Source: an uncultured Gammaproteobacteria bacterium (GTDB lineage Bacteria > Pseudomonadota > Gammaproteobacteria > CAWCPV01). From it: a stretch of 64,000 bases of DNA. Position numbers and translations under genes: made by a program. Position 1 is the first letter of the stretch, and every line of letters starts with the position of its first letter. Positions 30,542 to 39,772 of the stretch are shown here, in pieces. The DNA lies in NCBI GenBank assembly GCA_963797555.1, contig CAWCPV010000003.1:768001-832000 (forward strand), given 5' to 3'. Below the pieces are notes generated by a model. The model did no database searches. It was given only the letters and a program-made list of their open reading frames with translations, and was not told where the DNA came from.

Positions 30542-31510
30542 ATGCTCGATCCTGCCTGCCGTTTGATCAAGGCCAGCAACCTGGCCTACGCCATTTCCCA
30601 TGATGGAACGCGATTCGATTCCTCACCCGAGGTGCAAAGTGCGATCGCTGCCGTAGGGTTCGATGAGCCATCCCTGCGCTTCTTCCAACCCGCGGGCGAT
30701 GGCGGCATCAACGCCTTCTATTACGGGGAGACAGTGCATAACGAAGCCATCGTCGCCTTCCGGGGAACCCTGCCGCCATCCGTGAACCCGGGCAGCGATT
30801 TTTTCAGGATTTTGTCGGATTGGCTGAACGACGGAGAAGTCGACCTGGTCAAGGGTCAGGACCTGCCGGGCCGCGTACACAAGGGGTTCCTGGAATCCTT
30901 GGATGCGCTCTGGCCGGGTATCGAACAACTCAAGCTCGGCGAGGTGGCAGGCACGGGCAAATCGGTGCTGGTCACCGGCCACAGCAAGGGCGGCGCGTTG
31001 GTGTATCTGGCGGCATACCGTCTGGCAAGGCTCGGCATTCCCGTGGCCGCATACACCTTCGCCGCGCCGCGCACCGGCGATCGAGCGTTCGCTGCGGCTT
31101 TCGATCAATTGTTGGCGGGCGTCTTGCGCTTCGAGTACCAGGACGACATCGTACCCCATGTGCCGCCCGCCACGGGGGCCTGGCTGAGTTCACTGAAAGG
31201 CATGCAACTGGTTCAGCACGCATTTCCGGGCGAGGCGCCTCACTTGAGAGTCGGTGCCGATATCGCGGGCGCCGCCGAGCGCTTCACGAGCCGTATGACT
31301 GAACTGTCCAAGTTATCCCTGTCGTTTGCTTCGGCCGGTAAGCTTCAATTCATCGACTGGGACGATCACATCGTGGGCGATTCCCTGCCCGTCTCTCTGA
31401 AGCGCAACCTTCACCTCGCCGAAATGCTGGCTGAACTCAAGTTCATCGAGATCGCCAAGGATCATTCCAGCGCCGGGGGTTACATGTCGGTTCCCTGCGG
31501 GGACGGCTAA
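30542..31510 (+). CDS. Lipase class 3 family protein
   Basis: IVAFRGT, VHKGF, TGHSKGG nucleophile elbow, YTFAAPRTGD, DIVPHVPP. Confidence 0.9.
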   Translation: MLDPACRLIKASNLAYAISHDGTRFDSSPEVQSAIAAVGFDEPSLRFFQPAGDGGINAFYYGETVHNEAIVAFRGTLPPSVNPGSDFFRILSDWLNDGEVDLVKGQDLPGRVHKGFLESLDALWPGIEQLKLGEVAGTGKSVLVTGHSKGGALVYLAAYRLARLGIPVAAYTFAAPRTGDRAFAAAFDQLLAGVLRFEYQDDIVPHVPPATGAWLSSLKGMQLVQHAFPGEAPHLRVGADIAGAAERFTSRMTELSKLSLSFASAGKLQFIDWDDHIVGDSLPVSLKRNLHLAEMLAELKFIEIAKDHSSAGGYMSVPCGDG

Positions 31511-31519
31511 GGCGCAAGA

Positions 31520-31850
31520 AGCGCAGCGCCTGAGCGCCTCGACCATGAGGCGCGTCTGGGCGAAGACGATGTCCTGAGCCCGCCGCTGACCGCGAGCCGA
31601 GCGATGCGCGTCGCCTGGGAGCGCGCCGACGCCCGGATTCTGCAGCTCCGGGTCGACCACCGGCGGGTTCCACAGCAACAGGCGGGCCTCCCTCTGAGGG
31701 GCACCGCTCTCCCTGAACCACCGGCTCGCCGACCAGCCCTGCGGTCAGCTCCTCGGGCTTGGCGATGGCCGCCGAGCACAGGATGAACACCGGGTCCCGT
31801 CTGGGCGGGCAGGAGACGAGCTCGCCCGTGATGCGGCCGGCGTAACGGCG
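31520..31850 (-). pseudogene. DEAD/DEAH helicase (YprA/DUF1998-type) internal fragment
   Basis: Frame-switching pieces DPVFILCSAAIAKPEEL, LLWNPPVVDPEL, IRASARSQATRIA, IVFAQTRLMVE. Confidence 0.6.
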
Positions 31851-32099
31851 CTTGAGGTGCGCCGCAAGCGTCTTTGCATCGCTGCGGGCCGCGCAGGGAC
31901 TCGCCGTCGTTCTCGGACTGCGAGACTGGATGCTCACGGGAGGGTTGCGGCGGCGAGGCCATGACTCGAAATCCTGCCCGCGCCGCAGGAAGACCGGGCT
32001 GATGGTAAATAACGGCACCGACTTAGGCAAGCAGCGCCTTCGGGCAACCCCGGCAGGGTCTCTGTTTTACTTGGAGCATCCGTGCGGCTGGCTCACGGC

Positions 32100-32354
32100 A
32101 TGAGGGCGACCGGCGCCATCCACTCGGCGAAGGTCCATCTCTCGAGTCTCGTAGCGAGAGCGGAAGCGGGCGAGGAGATCATCATCGCACGTGCCAACAG
32201 ACCGGTGGTGCGACTCGTGCCGGTCCGGGAAACGAGGGCGCAGCGCCGTCTGGGCGAGGCGAACGGGCTGGTCGAGTTTCTGCCGGACTTCGATGAGCTG
32301 CCGGAAGAGTTCATGGAACACCCCGTTTCGCTATTCCATCTTGCTCGGGCTTGA
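32100..32354 (+). CDS. Phd/YefM antitoxin (orphan, possibly degenerate)
   Basis: AKVHLSSLVARAEAGEEIIIARANRPVVRLVP. Confidence 0.75.
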   Translation: MRATGAIHSAKVHLSSLVARAEAGEEIIIARANRPVVRLVPVRETRAQRRLGEANGLVEFLPDFDELPEEFMEHPVSLFHLARA

Positions 32355-32469
32355 TCCAAGGCGGGCTCGCATACCATTTTGGCCTGTGGGTCCACGGGCC
32401 GCACGCGGACACGTGGCGGGAAGCCCGCCACGCAGGAGGTGAGCCCTGGGTGCAACCGTAATCGAACGG

Positions 32470-32997
32470 ATGACGGCAGAAAGACCTGATGCAGATGCCA
32501 GACGACGGATACCGGCACGAGTTGGTCAGGGGGAGGTGAGATCCATGCCGGCGGCAGGACATGAGCACGGCCGGGTCGGCATGAACATCGGAGCGTCGCT
32601 TGCGGAGTTCGTGCACGGACACGGTCTCGGGGCAGTGTACGCCGCAGAGACCGGATTCAAGATCGCGTCCGCCCCGGACACGGTGCGCGGTCCCGACGCG
32701 GCCTTCGTGTCCAAGGTGCGCCTGGAGGCTGTAGCGGGCAAGCGGGGCTACTGGGCGGGTGCGCCGGACTTGGCCGTGGAAGTGGTGTCACCGGACGACA
32801 CTCACGTGGACGTGCAGGACAAGGTAAACGACTGGCTCGCGGCAGGCACACACATGGTGATCGTCGTGAACCCCCACAGGCGCACGGTGGCGGTGCACCG
32901 CCCAACGAGCATCACCGTGCTCACCGAGAACGACGCCGTGGAGGGCGGCGATGTCGTCCCGGGTTGGAGGGTCTCGGTGCAAGAGCTATTCTGCTGA
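32470..32997 (+). CDS. Uma2/DUF820 endonuclease-fold protein
   Basis: VRGPDAAFV, APDLAVEVVSP, DVVPGW motifs; the N-terminus looks frameshifted. Confidence 0.85.
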   Translation: MTAERPDADARRRIPARVGQGEVRSMPAAGHEHGRVGMNIGASLAEFVHGHGLGAVYAAETGFKIASAPDTVRGPDAAFVSKVRLEAVAGKRGYWAGAPDLAVEVVSPDDTHVDVQDKVNDWLAAGTHMVIVVNPHRRTVAVHRPTSITVLTENDAVEGGDVVPGWRVSVQELFC

Positions 32998-33229
32998 CGT
33001 TGCCACGCAGGTGGTGGCCCCAGCGCGGGTGCCGTCTGCCACTGTGCTTCCCTGGCAGGCCGTTACGGCCGGATGTCAGCGGTTCTGTGATGTGTAAGGT
33101 AAGGATCCGACCCCGCGCTGCGCACGCACTGCGCACTGTGACCCTAGATGCTGTCCAGGCTATAGGCTCTTGACGCAGGTGCATTATCCAGCCTATGTTT
33201 GGTCAACCTTGACCATGTTGAATCGTGAC

Positions 33230-33475
33230 ATGCCGGAAACCGTCTTCAATCTGTACGAAGCCAAGTCCGCACTTTCCCGGCTGGTGGAACGGGCCGCCGC
33301 AGGGGAGGAAATCATCATCGCCAAGGCCGGACGGCCGCTCGCCAAACTCGTGCCTTTGGAGCGGCGGCGTCAGCCCCGGAAGCCGGGAGGGTGGGAAGGC
33401 CGCGTACGCATCGCCTCCGACTTCGACGAACCGCTGCCCGATGACATCCAGGCTACGTTCGAAGGCCGCGGCTGA
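33230..33475 (+). CDS. Phd/YefM antitoxin
   Basis: NLYEAKSALSRLVERAAAGEEIIIAKAGRPLAKLVP. Confidence 0.9.
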   Translation: MPETVFNLYEAKSALSRLVERAAAGEEIIIAKAGRPLAKLVPLERRRQPRKPGGWEGRVRIASDFDEPLPDDIQATFEGRG

Positions 33476-33483
33476 GACGATGG

Positions 33484-33858
33484 ATGCGGCTGCTGCTCGA
33501 TACTCATGTATTTCTCTGGTGGCGCGCGGATGACGGCCGGCTGGCTGAGCCTGCCAGGTCGGCCATCGCCGACGCTGAACTGGTCATGGTCAGTGCCGCC
33601 TCCGCCTGGGAGGCCGGCATCAAGATCCAGCTCGGCCGGCTCGACATTCCAGGCAGCTTCGAGGCCGGAGTCGTCCACAGCGGCTTCGAGAAGCTCCCGA
33701 TAGGTTTTTCTCACGCCGAAACGGCCGCACGGCTTCCGCCCCATCACCGCGACCCATTCGACCGCATGCTGGTCGCCCAAGCGCTGATCGAAGGTCTCAC
33801 GATTGTAACGCACGACCGGCGCATGGAACCCTATGGGGTTCCGGTATTGTGGGTCTGA
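33484..33858 (+). CDS. VapC/PIN toxin
   Basis: LLLDTHVFLW, SAASAWE, HRDPFDRMLVAQA. Confidence 0.92.
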   Translation: MRLLLDTHVFLWWRADDGRLAEPARSAIADAELVMVSAASAWEAGIKIQLGRLDIPGSFEAGVVHSGFEKLPIGFSHAETAARLPPHHRDPFDRMLVAQALIEGLTIVTHDRRMEPYGVPVLWV

Positions 33859-33926
33859 GCCCGCGCGGGGCGGATGCCCGCGCTGGGCATGACATGGCTC
33901 GGGCTGCCGCGCGACTGCAAGATGCT

Positions 33927-34321
33927 ATGCGTTATCCCCGCTCCTGCACGCCGATGCACCCACCCCTTCTGGGCTCGTCAGCGACCACCGGAGTCTCTCA
34001 GAGCGGGCACGGTCGGTATTTCTTGACGCAGAGAATGACGTGCTTGTCAGTGCGGTGACCGGCTTCGAGATTGCAGGCAAGTCCAGTCTGGGCAAACTGA
34101 GACTGGCCGAACTCCCAGAGATTTCATGGAACCGCATCCGCCACAATGCGCTCAGCCCCTCCCAGTGACACTCGCCCACACGTACCGTCTCGCTCACCTG
34201 TTACATCATCACCGGAACCCTTGTTGATCGATTGCTCGTGGCCCAGGCACTCGAGGAGGACCTGTCGATACTGAGCTGCGACGAAGTATTGTCGCAGTAC
34301 AGCGTTGAGCGACTGTGGTGA
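33927..34321 (+). pseudogene. Degenerate PIN toxin
   Basis: Fragments VLVSAVTGFEIAGKSSLGKL and DRLLVAQALEEDLSILSCD in different frames. Confidence 0.7.
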
Positions 34322-34501
34322 GGCAGTCGAGCATGAGCGCCCACGCCCGACGGGTAGTGCTACAAGACTTGACGCAGCGGCCGTTGCCCAAGGGTGCCGC
34401 GTTTCGTTTTCGGCAGTACCGTAGGCTATAAGGTAAAGATCTGACCCCGTACCCCCGCCTGCCGGGGCGACCCCCGCTCCCTCGCGCTCTGCTCCCCTGA
34501 C

Positions 34502-35411
34502 TCACGCCTGAACTCGGGCGCAGCGGAAGCCGAGGTAGACGAGGCGGAAGCCGGAGCGGAGTTGGAGGCGGGAAGCAGCGCGCACGAGACGCGCGACGTC
34601 GGTCCAGGACCCGCCGCGGACCACGCGCTCCGTGCCCGCGAGGGCGTTGTCCTCCCATTCCTCCCACGCCGAGCCGTCAGCCGGGGCACCCTCGTAGTGG
34701 CCGTGCCAGTGGTCTTGGGTCCACTCCCAAACGTTGCCCAGCATGTCGTACAAGCCCCAGGCATTGGGTTGCTTGCGCCCCACCGGACGGGTCCCCGCGC
34801 GCTGGTGCGGGTATTGCTTTTCCCGCCACCCCGAGCTGTCGTAGCCGTTATCCAGGTCGAAGTCCACCCCGCTGTTGCCCCCATACCAGGCGATGGGGTC
34901 CAGCGCCGGGGCGTTTCTCTCCCCCAGGATCGCCACGTCGCCGCTGTAGAGGGTCGTCTCGGTGCCGGCGCGGCAGGCGTATTCCCACTGCGCCTCGGTC
35001 GGCAGCACCAGATCGAGTCCAGGTATGCGTTCGTTGAGCCGACCGAGAAAGCCCTGCACGTTGTCCCAGCTCACCTGCTCCACCGGGCGGTCGGGGCCCC
35101 GGAAGCAACTCGGGTTCTCCCCCATCACCGCCTCCCACAGCGCCTGCGTGCACGGGGTGTCGAATAGCCAGTAGCCCTGCGGAATCATGACCGTGTGTTG
35201 CGGACCTTCGTCCAGCCAGCGGCCCGGCTCGCTCTCGGACGAGCCCATCCGGAACCGCCCCGGCGCAATCCAGCGCAAGCGCTGGGTGACGTTCCGCCAG
35301 GGTGAATTCGACGAAGACGCCGTAGTCCTGCCCCCAGGCGCTCGCCCACTCCGGCGGGCGGCCGTCGGCCAGCGGGTGCCAGGCTGTGTCGATGATTCGG
35401 GCGGTGCTCAC
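34502..35411 (-). CDS. Stand-alone FGE-sulfatase (CLec-fold) protein, DGR target-like (5' frameshifts)
   Basis: PPEWASAWGQD, LPTEAQWEYACRAG, GNVWEW, RGGSW...LGFRCAR. Confidence 0.85.
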
Positions 35412-35439
35412 CGATCGATTCCAAGATGGCGCGGATGGT

Positions 35440-35500
35440 GGCGGCACACCGGCGAGCGTTCGCGGGGCGTCCGCTCATCGCTACTAGCACGCCGGCGGCC
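35440..35500 (-). other. Putative DGR post-TR spacer element
   Basis: CCGGCGTGCTAGTAG...CGAACGCTCGCCGG closes into a stem. I recall it as the sequence following TRs in HRDC-type DGRs; not verified. Confidence 0.4.
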
Positions 35501-35539
35501 ATTGGCTTGCGGCGAAGCCAACGGGATACGCCTTGCTCC

Positions 35540-35716
35540 CTGCGGCCGGCCTCCGGCGGGCTCGCAGCTCACGCATAAAGCCCAGGCGCTGTTGGCGCCG
35601 TCCTGTACGAAGGAGCGGTCCACGGCGAGGATGCGCTGGCTGCCGAGAAACTGGTTAAGCTCATCGGCCGCCTCGTCGTCACCGCGGACGGGGATGTTGA
35701 AGAAGCGCAGTTGCAT
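35540..35716 (-). pseudogene. HRDC-type DGR accessory gene, N-terminal half only
   Basis: MQLRFFNIPV...ELNQFLGSQRILAVDRSFVQDGANSAWALCV; the HRDC helical part is absent. Confidence 0.7.
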
Positions 35717-35965
35717 GGTCGCAGCTCAGCGTTTAGCCTTCCACCTCCTCTCCCGGGTCCCCCATCGGAACGAAAACGACGGCGAATCGAGCGCGGGGCC
35801 TCGGCCTAGTCTGGGGACCCGGCCGGCCATGGCAACCGGCGCCCGGGTTCCACGCCAGGATGAGAGACGCGGCCCTGCTCCGCGCGACGGTCCGGGGACC
35901 GTCCGCCGCTCCGCTTGCCGGACCGCCCCGGCCCCGCACGCTCCGCTCCTCCCTGCCTGCCTGGC

Positions 35966-38900
35966 TCACGCCTGATCCCGGGCGCAGCGGAAGCCGAGGC
36001 CGTCGCCGCGGAGGCCGGGGGGGTCCTGGTCGCGGGAGGCAGCGCGCACGTTACGCGCGAGGTTGCCCCAGGACCCGCCGCGGATCACGCGCTTCGCGCC
36101 GGCGAGGGCGCTGTCCTCCCACGCCGAGCCGTCGGCCGGGGCATCCTCGTAGTCGCCGTGCCAGTGGTCTTGGGTCCACTCCCAAACGTTGCCCAGCGTG
36201 TCGTACAACCCCCAGGGATTGGGTTGCTTGCGCCCCACCGGACGGGTCCCCGCCCGCTGATGCGAGTATTGCTTTTCGGGCCACCCTGAGCTGTCGTGGC
36301 CGTCATCCAGGTCGAAGTCCACCCCGCTGTTGCCCCCATACCAGGCGATGGGGTCCAGCGCCGGGGCGTTGTTCTCCCCCAGGATCGCCAGGTCCCCGCT
36401 GTAGAGGGTCGTCTCGGTGCCGGCGCGGCAGGCGTATTCCCACTGCGCCTCGCTGGGCAGCACCAGACCAAGTCCAGGTATCCGTTCGCCGATCTGCCCG
36501 AGAAAGCCCTGCACGTCGTCCCAGCTCACCTGCTCCACCGGGCGCTCGGGGCTCTTGAAGCGACTCGGGTTGTCCCCCATCACCGCCTCCCACAGCGCCT
36601 GCGTGCACGGGGTTTCGAATAGCCAGTAGCCGTGCGAAATGATGACCGTGTGTTGCGGACCTTCGTCGCCCCAGCGGCCCGGCTCGCTCTCGGGCGAGCC
36701 CATCCGGAACCGCCCCGGCGGGATCCAGCGCAAGCGCTGGGTGACGGGCTCGCCTCGAGCCGGATCGGGCGCGATCTCGGTCCACAGGCCGTAGCGATCG
36801 CGGCCGATGGCGCTGGCCCAGGCGGGCTTGGTGGCACGCCGAAAGGTCAAGCGCTCGCGGTCGGTGCGGACGCGGAACGCAGGGGCCTGGGGGATGGGAG
36901 CGGCTGCCTCGGGGGCGCCTGTGTCGAGGCGCAGCAGCACGGCGCGCTCGCCGCCTTCGCGCGCTCCGCGCGGGAATGCATCGGGATGAGTTCCTGCGGC
37001 GACTGTCGGTCCCAGAGTACCGCGCGCAGCCGTCCCGGATGCGCCTCCCAGGCCCGCATTGCGGCGCGCCGTTCGCTCGGCGGCAACCCTGTGCTGGGGG
37101 ACGGGCCCTGGCTCACCCGAGCGGGACCACAGACGTTGTATCGGTTTAAGCATGCGCTCGATCAACGGTCCTCGCTCCTCCGCTCCGCTCGGCTGCACCC
37201 GCGCTGGGCGGCGCTCCGCCTGCCGCCCAGACGCCGGCGCAGCCGGCTCCGCTCCCTGCCTGCCTGGCCCAGTATCTTGAACTCGGGCGCAGCGGAAGCC
37301 GAGGGAGTCGTGGCGGTAGTCGGGGGGGATCTGGGAGCGGGAAGCAGCGCGCACGTAACGCGCGTTGCTGCTCCAGGACCCGCCGCGGATCACGCGCACC
37401 GAGCCGGTGCCGCGGTCCTCCCATACCGAGCCGTCGGCTGGGGCGCCCTCGTAGCTGCCGTTCCAGTGGTCTCGGGTCCACTCCCAGACGTTGCCGTGCA
37501 TCTCGTACAGGCCCCAGGGATTGGGCGGCAGGCTCGCCACGGGAACGGTCTCTCCCCGATACAGGCCCTTCTTGCCGCCCGCATAGGGATCGTTGCCGTC
37601 ATAGTTGACCTGCTCCGGGGTGATGTCTTCGCCGAAGCTGAAAGGGGTCGTGGTTCCGGCGCGGCAGGCGTATTCCCACTGCGCCTCGCTGGGCAGCGTC
37701 AGGTCGAGTCCGGGCAGCCGCTCGTTGAGCCGCCTGATGAAGTGCTGGCAGTCGTTCCAACTGACGTTCTCGACCGGGCGCTCCGCGCCTCCGAAGCGGC
37801 TCCGGTGCTCGCCCATCACCGCCTGCCACAGCGCCTGGGTGCAGGCGGTGTCGAACAGCCAGAAGCCGCGGTCGATCGTGACCTGGTGCTGAGGCCCTTC
37901 GTCGCTGTAGCGTTCCAACTCGCCCTGCAGCGACCCCATGAGGAAGGTCCCCGGCGCGATCCAGCGCATGCGCTGGGTAACCTTCTGACCGCGCTCGTCC
38001 TCGACGCCGAACGTCACCCAGTGGCCGTACGCGTCCGTGCCCCAGTCATCAGCCCAGGGCGGCGGCTGGCCTGATTTCCAGAAGGCGTTGCGGTCGCCGA
38101 TGGTGGAGAGAAGCTCAACGACCTGAACGAGCCGATTCCCGGTTCGCAGGGTGCCCAGGTAGCTACCCGGCTCCGGTGCGTCCGCCGACGCGCCCTCCCG
38201 CACCGGAGACAGGACCAGCTCGCCGCCCCGTTGCCGCAGCTCACAGCGGCGCTCCGGATGTCCCGGCTCACGCACCAGCGCCGGGTCCATCGCAACGGGC
38301 GGACGGTAGCCCGGAACGTGGCGGTGGAGACTCCAATCGACGCGCAGCAGCCGGGTACCGACCACCTCGTCGGTCCAGAGGCTGTCCGCTCGCCCGCACA
38401 TCCGGCCAATCCAGGCACGGGCGGAGCTATCGCATGGGATGTCCGCATTGGATTCGAACCGCTCGCACAAGTAAGCGAAGAAACGCCGGGCGTCTTCCAA
38501 GTCTTCCGCGTCGGGCAGGGCCTCGCGCGAAACCGGCGCGAGGTTGAGGATTTCCTCGAACCAGATCTCCTCGGGCAGGTGGCCGCGCCAGGTGCGCAGC
38601 AGGGCGAGCACCATACGCTGGCGCGCAATGGGCTCGGCGGCGAAGGCGGCGCGCAGCTCGCGGGCACGCTTGGGGTCCAGGGTGGCCGCGTCGCTGTGGG
38701 TGCTGGCCACGGCCGGGTGCTGCCAGACGTCGGACTCGGTGCCCGCATCGGCCTCCAGCGCACCGAGGCTCAGGCGCACCGCGCGCAGCAGGCCGGGCTC
38801 GATGCGCACGGCCGGGGAGACCAGGCGCAGCAGGCGCTCCGCCCGTTTGCGCAAGGCGCCGCTATCGGTCACGGCGCGGCCGCGCGGACGCTCCCAGGGG

Positions 38901-39772
38901 ATGAGTTGCCAATGGCGGCGCAAGACCGCGGGGCACCGTGCCACGGGGCAGGGCACCAGGGCCACGGGACGAGCGCCTGCCTGGGCGACGCGCCGGCCGA
39001 GGTCGAGCCAGGGATTGTCCTCGTGCGACGCCCGGCCCGTCAGGCAGGCGAGGTCGCCGAGCACCAGCACGATGCCGCCTGGCGGCGGGCGATAGACGCC
39101 GGGGGCGGGTGCCCCAGTCAGGATTCGCGGCTCCGTCAGGCCCTCGTGGAACACCGCCTGCTCCAGGTCCTGGGCCGTAAACAGTCGCGCCAGCTCGCCG
39201 CGCACCTGGTCCTGGTCGGTCCAGTAGGGGACCAGCCGTTCGCTGCGGTCGACGACGAGCTGCAGACGAGGTCCCCAGCGACGGTGGCGCTCGCGCGGCA
39301 GCCGGTCCAGCAGCCGGCCGCGGCTCAGGCGCTGGACGACCGCGTCGAGGTCGACCTCCGCTCCCTCACGCGGCTCGGCCAGGGCCGCGCGCAAGCGCAT
39401 CTGAAGCTCCCGCCAGGGTGCGAGCAGCCGGATGGCAGGCGGATGTTGCGGTCGGTCGTGCCACCCGATGGGTTTGACCGGGACGGGCCGGCGCTCGTCT
39501 CCGGGCTCCTCCGGGACCGGCTCGTAGGCTTCGAGACGCCAGAAAGGGGTGTCGACCAGCGGCCTGACCTGGATATCGGGTTGGACCGTAACACGGAGCG
39601 TCGCTAGTGACGATATCGTCACAGTTCCCGTGGCTTGTAACCTTGCACTCTCGATAGACCCTTCGCTGGCCTCGAACCCGAGCAGGCCCGCGAGCGCGTC
39701 GGCTAACGCGGGATCGCCGTTGGCCAGCGCCCGCACCAGATCGGCACGAGCGCAGACGCCGCTGGGTCTCAC
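35966..39772 (-). CDS. vWA-like + tandem FGE-sulfatase (CLec) domain protein
   Basis: GTG start overlaps the MoxR stop; LVVDRSERL and VLVLGDL vWA-like motifs; two full FGE domains each ending RGGSW...LGFRCAR. Confidence 0.88.
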   Translation of the reverse strand: MRPSGVCARADLVRALANGDPALADALAGLLGFEASEGSIESARLQATGTVTISSLATLRVTVQPDIQVRPLVDTPFWRLEAYEPVPEEPGDERRPVPVKPIGWHDRPQHPPAIRLLAPWRELQMRLRAALAEPREGAEVDLDAVVQRLSRGRLLDRLPRERHRRWGPRLQLVVDRSERLVPYWTDQDQVRGELARLFTAQDLEQAVFHEGLTEPRILTGAPAPGVYRPPPGGIVLVLGDLACLTGRASHEDNPWLDLGRRVAQAGARPVALVPCPVARCPAVLRRHWQLIPWERPRGRAVTDSGALRKRAERLLRLVSPAVRIEPGLLRAVRLSLGALEADAGTESDVWQHPAVASTHSDAATLDPKRARELRAAFAAEPIARQRMVLALLRTWRGHLPEEIWFEEILNLAPVSREALPDAEDLEDARRFFAYLCERFESNADIPCDSSARAWIGRMCGRADSLWTDEVVGTRLLRVDWSLHRHVPGYRPPVAMDPALVREPGHPERRCELRQRGGELVLSPVREGASADAPEPGSYLGTLRTGNRLVQVVELLSTIGDRNAFWKSGQPPPWADDWGTDAYGHWVTFGVEDERGQKVTQRMRWIAPGTFLMGSLQGELERYSDEGPQHQVTIDRGFWLFDTACTQALWQAVMGEHRSRFGGAERPVENVSWNDCQHFIRRLNERLPGLDLTLPSEAQWEYACRAGTTTPFSFGEDITPEQVNYDGNDPYAGGKKGLYRGETVPVASLPPNPWGLYEMHGNVWEWTRDHWNGSYEGAPADGSVWEDRGTGSVRVIRGGSWSSNARYVRAASRSQIPPDYRHDSLGFRCARVQDTGPGRQGAEPAAPASGRQAERRPARVQPSGAEERGPLIERMLKPIQRLWSRSGEPGPVPQHRVAAERTARRNAGLGGASGTAARGTLGPTVAAGTHPDAFPRGAREGGERAVLLRLDTGAPEAAAPIPQAPAFRVRTDRERLTFRRATKPAWASAIGRDRYGLWTEIAPDPARGEPVTQRLRWIPPGRFRMGSPESEPGRWGDEGPQHTVIISHGYWLFETPCTQALWEAVMGDNPSRFKSPERPVEQVSWDDVQGFLGQIGERIPGLGLVLPSEAQWEYACRAGTETTLYSGDLAILGENNAPALDPIAWYGGNSGVDFDLDDGHDSSGWPEKQYSHQRAGTRPVGRKQPNPWGLYDTLGNVWEWTQDHWHGDYEDAPADGSAWEDSALAGAKRVIRGGSWGNLARNVRAASRDQDPPGLRGDGLGFRCARDQA

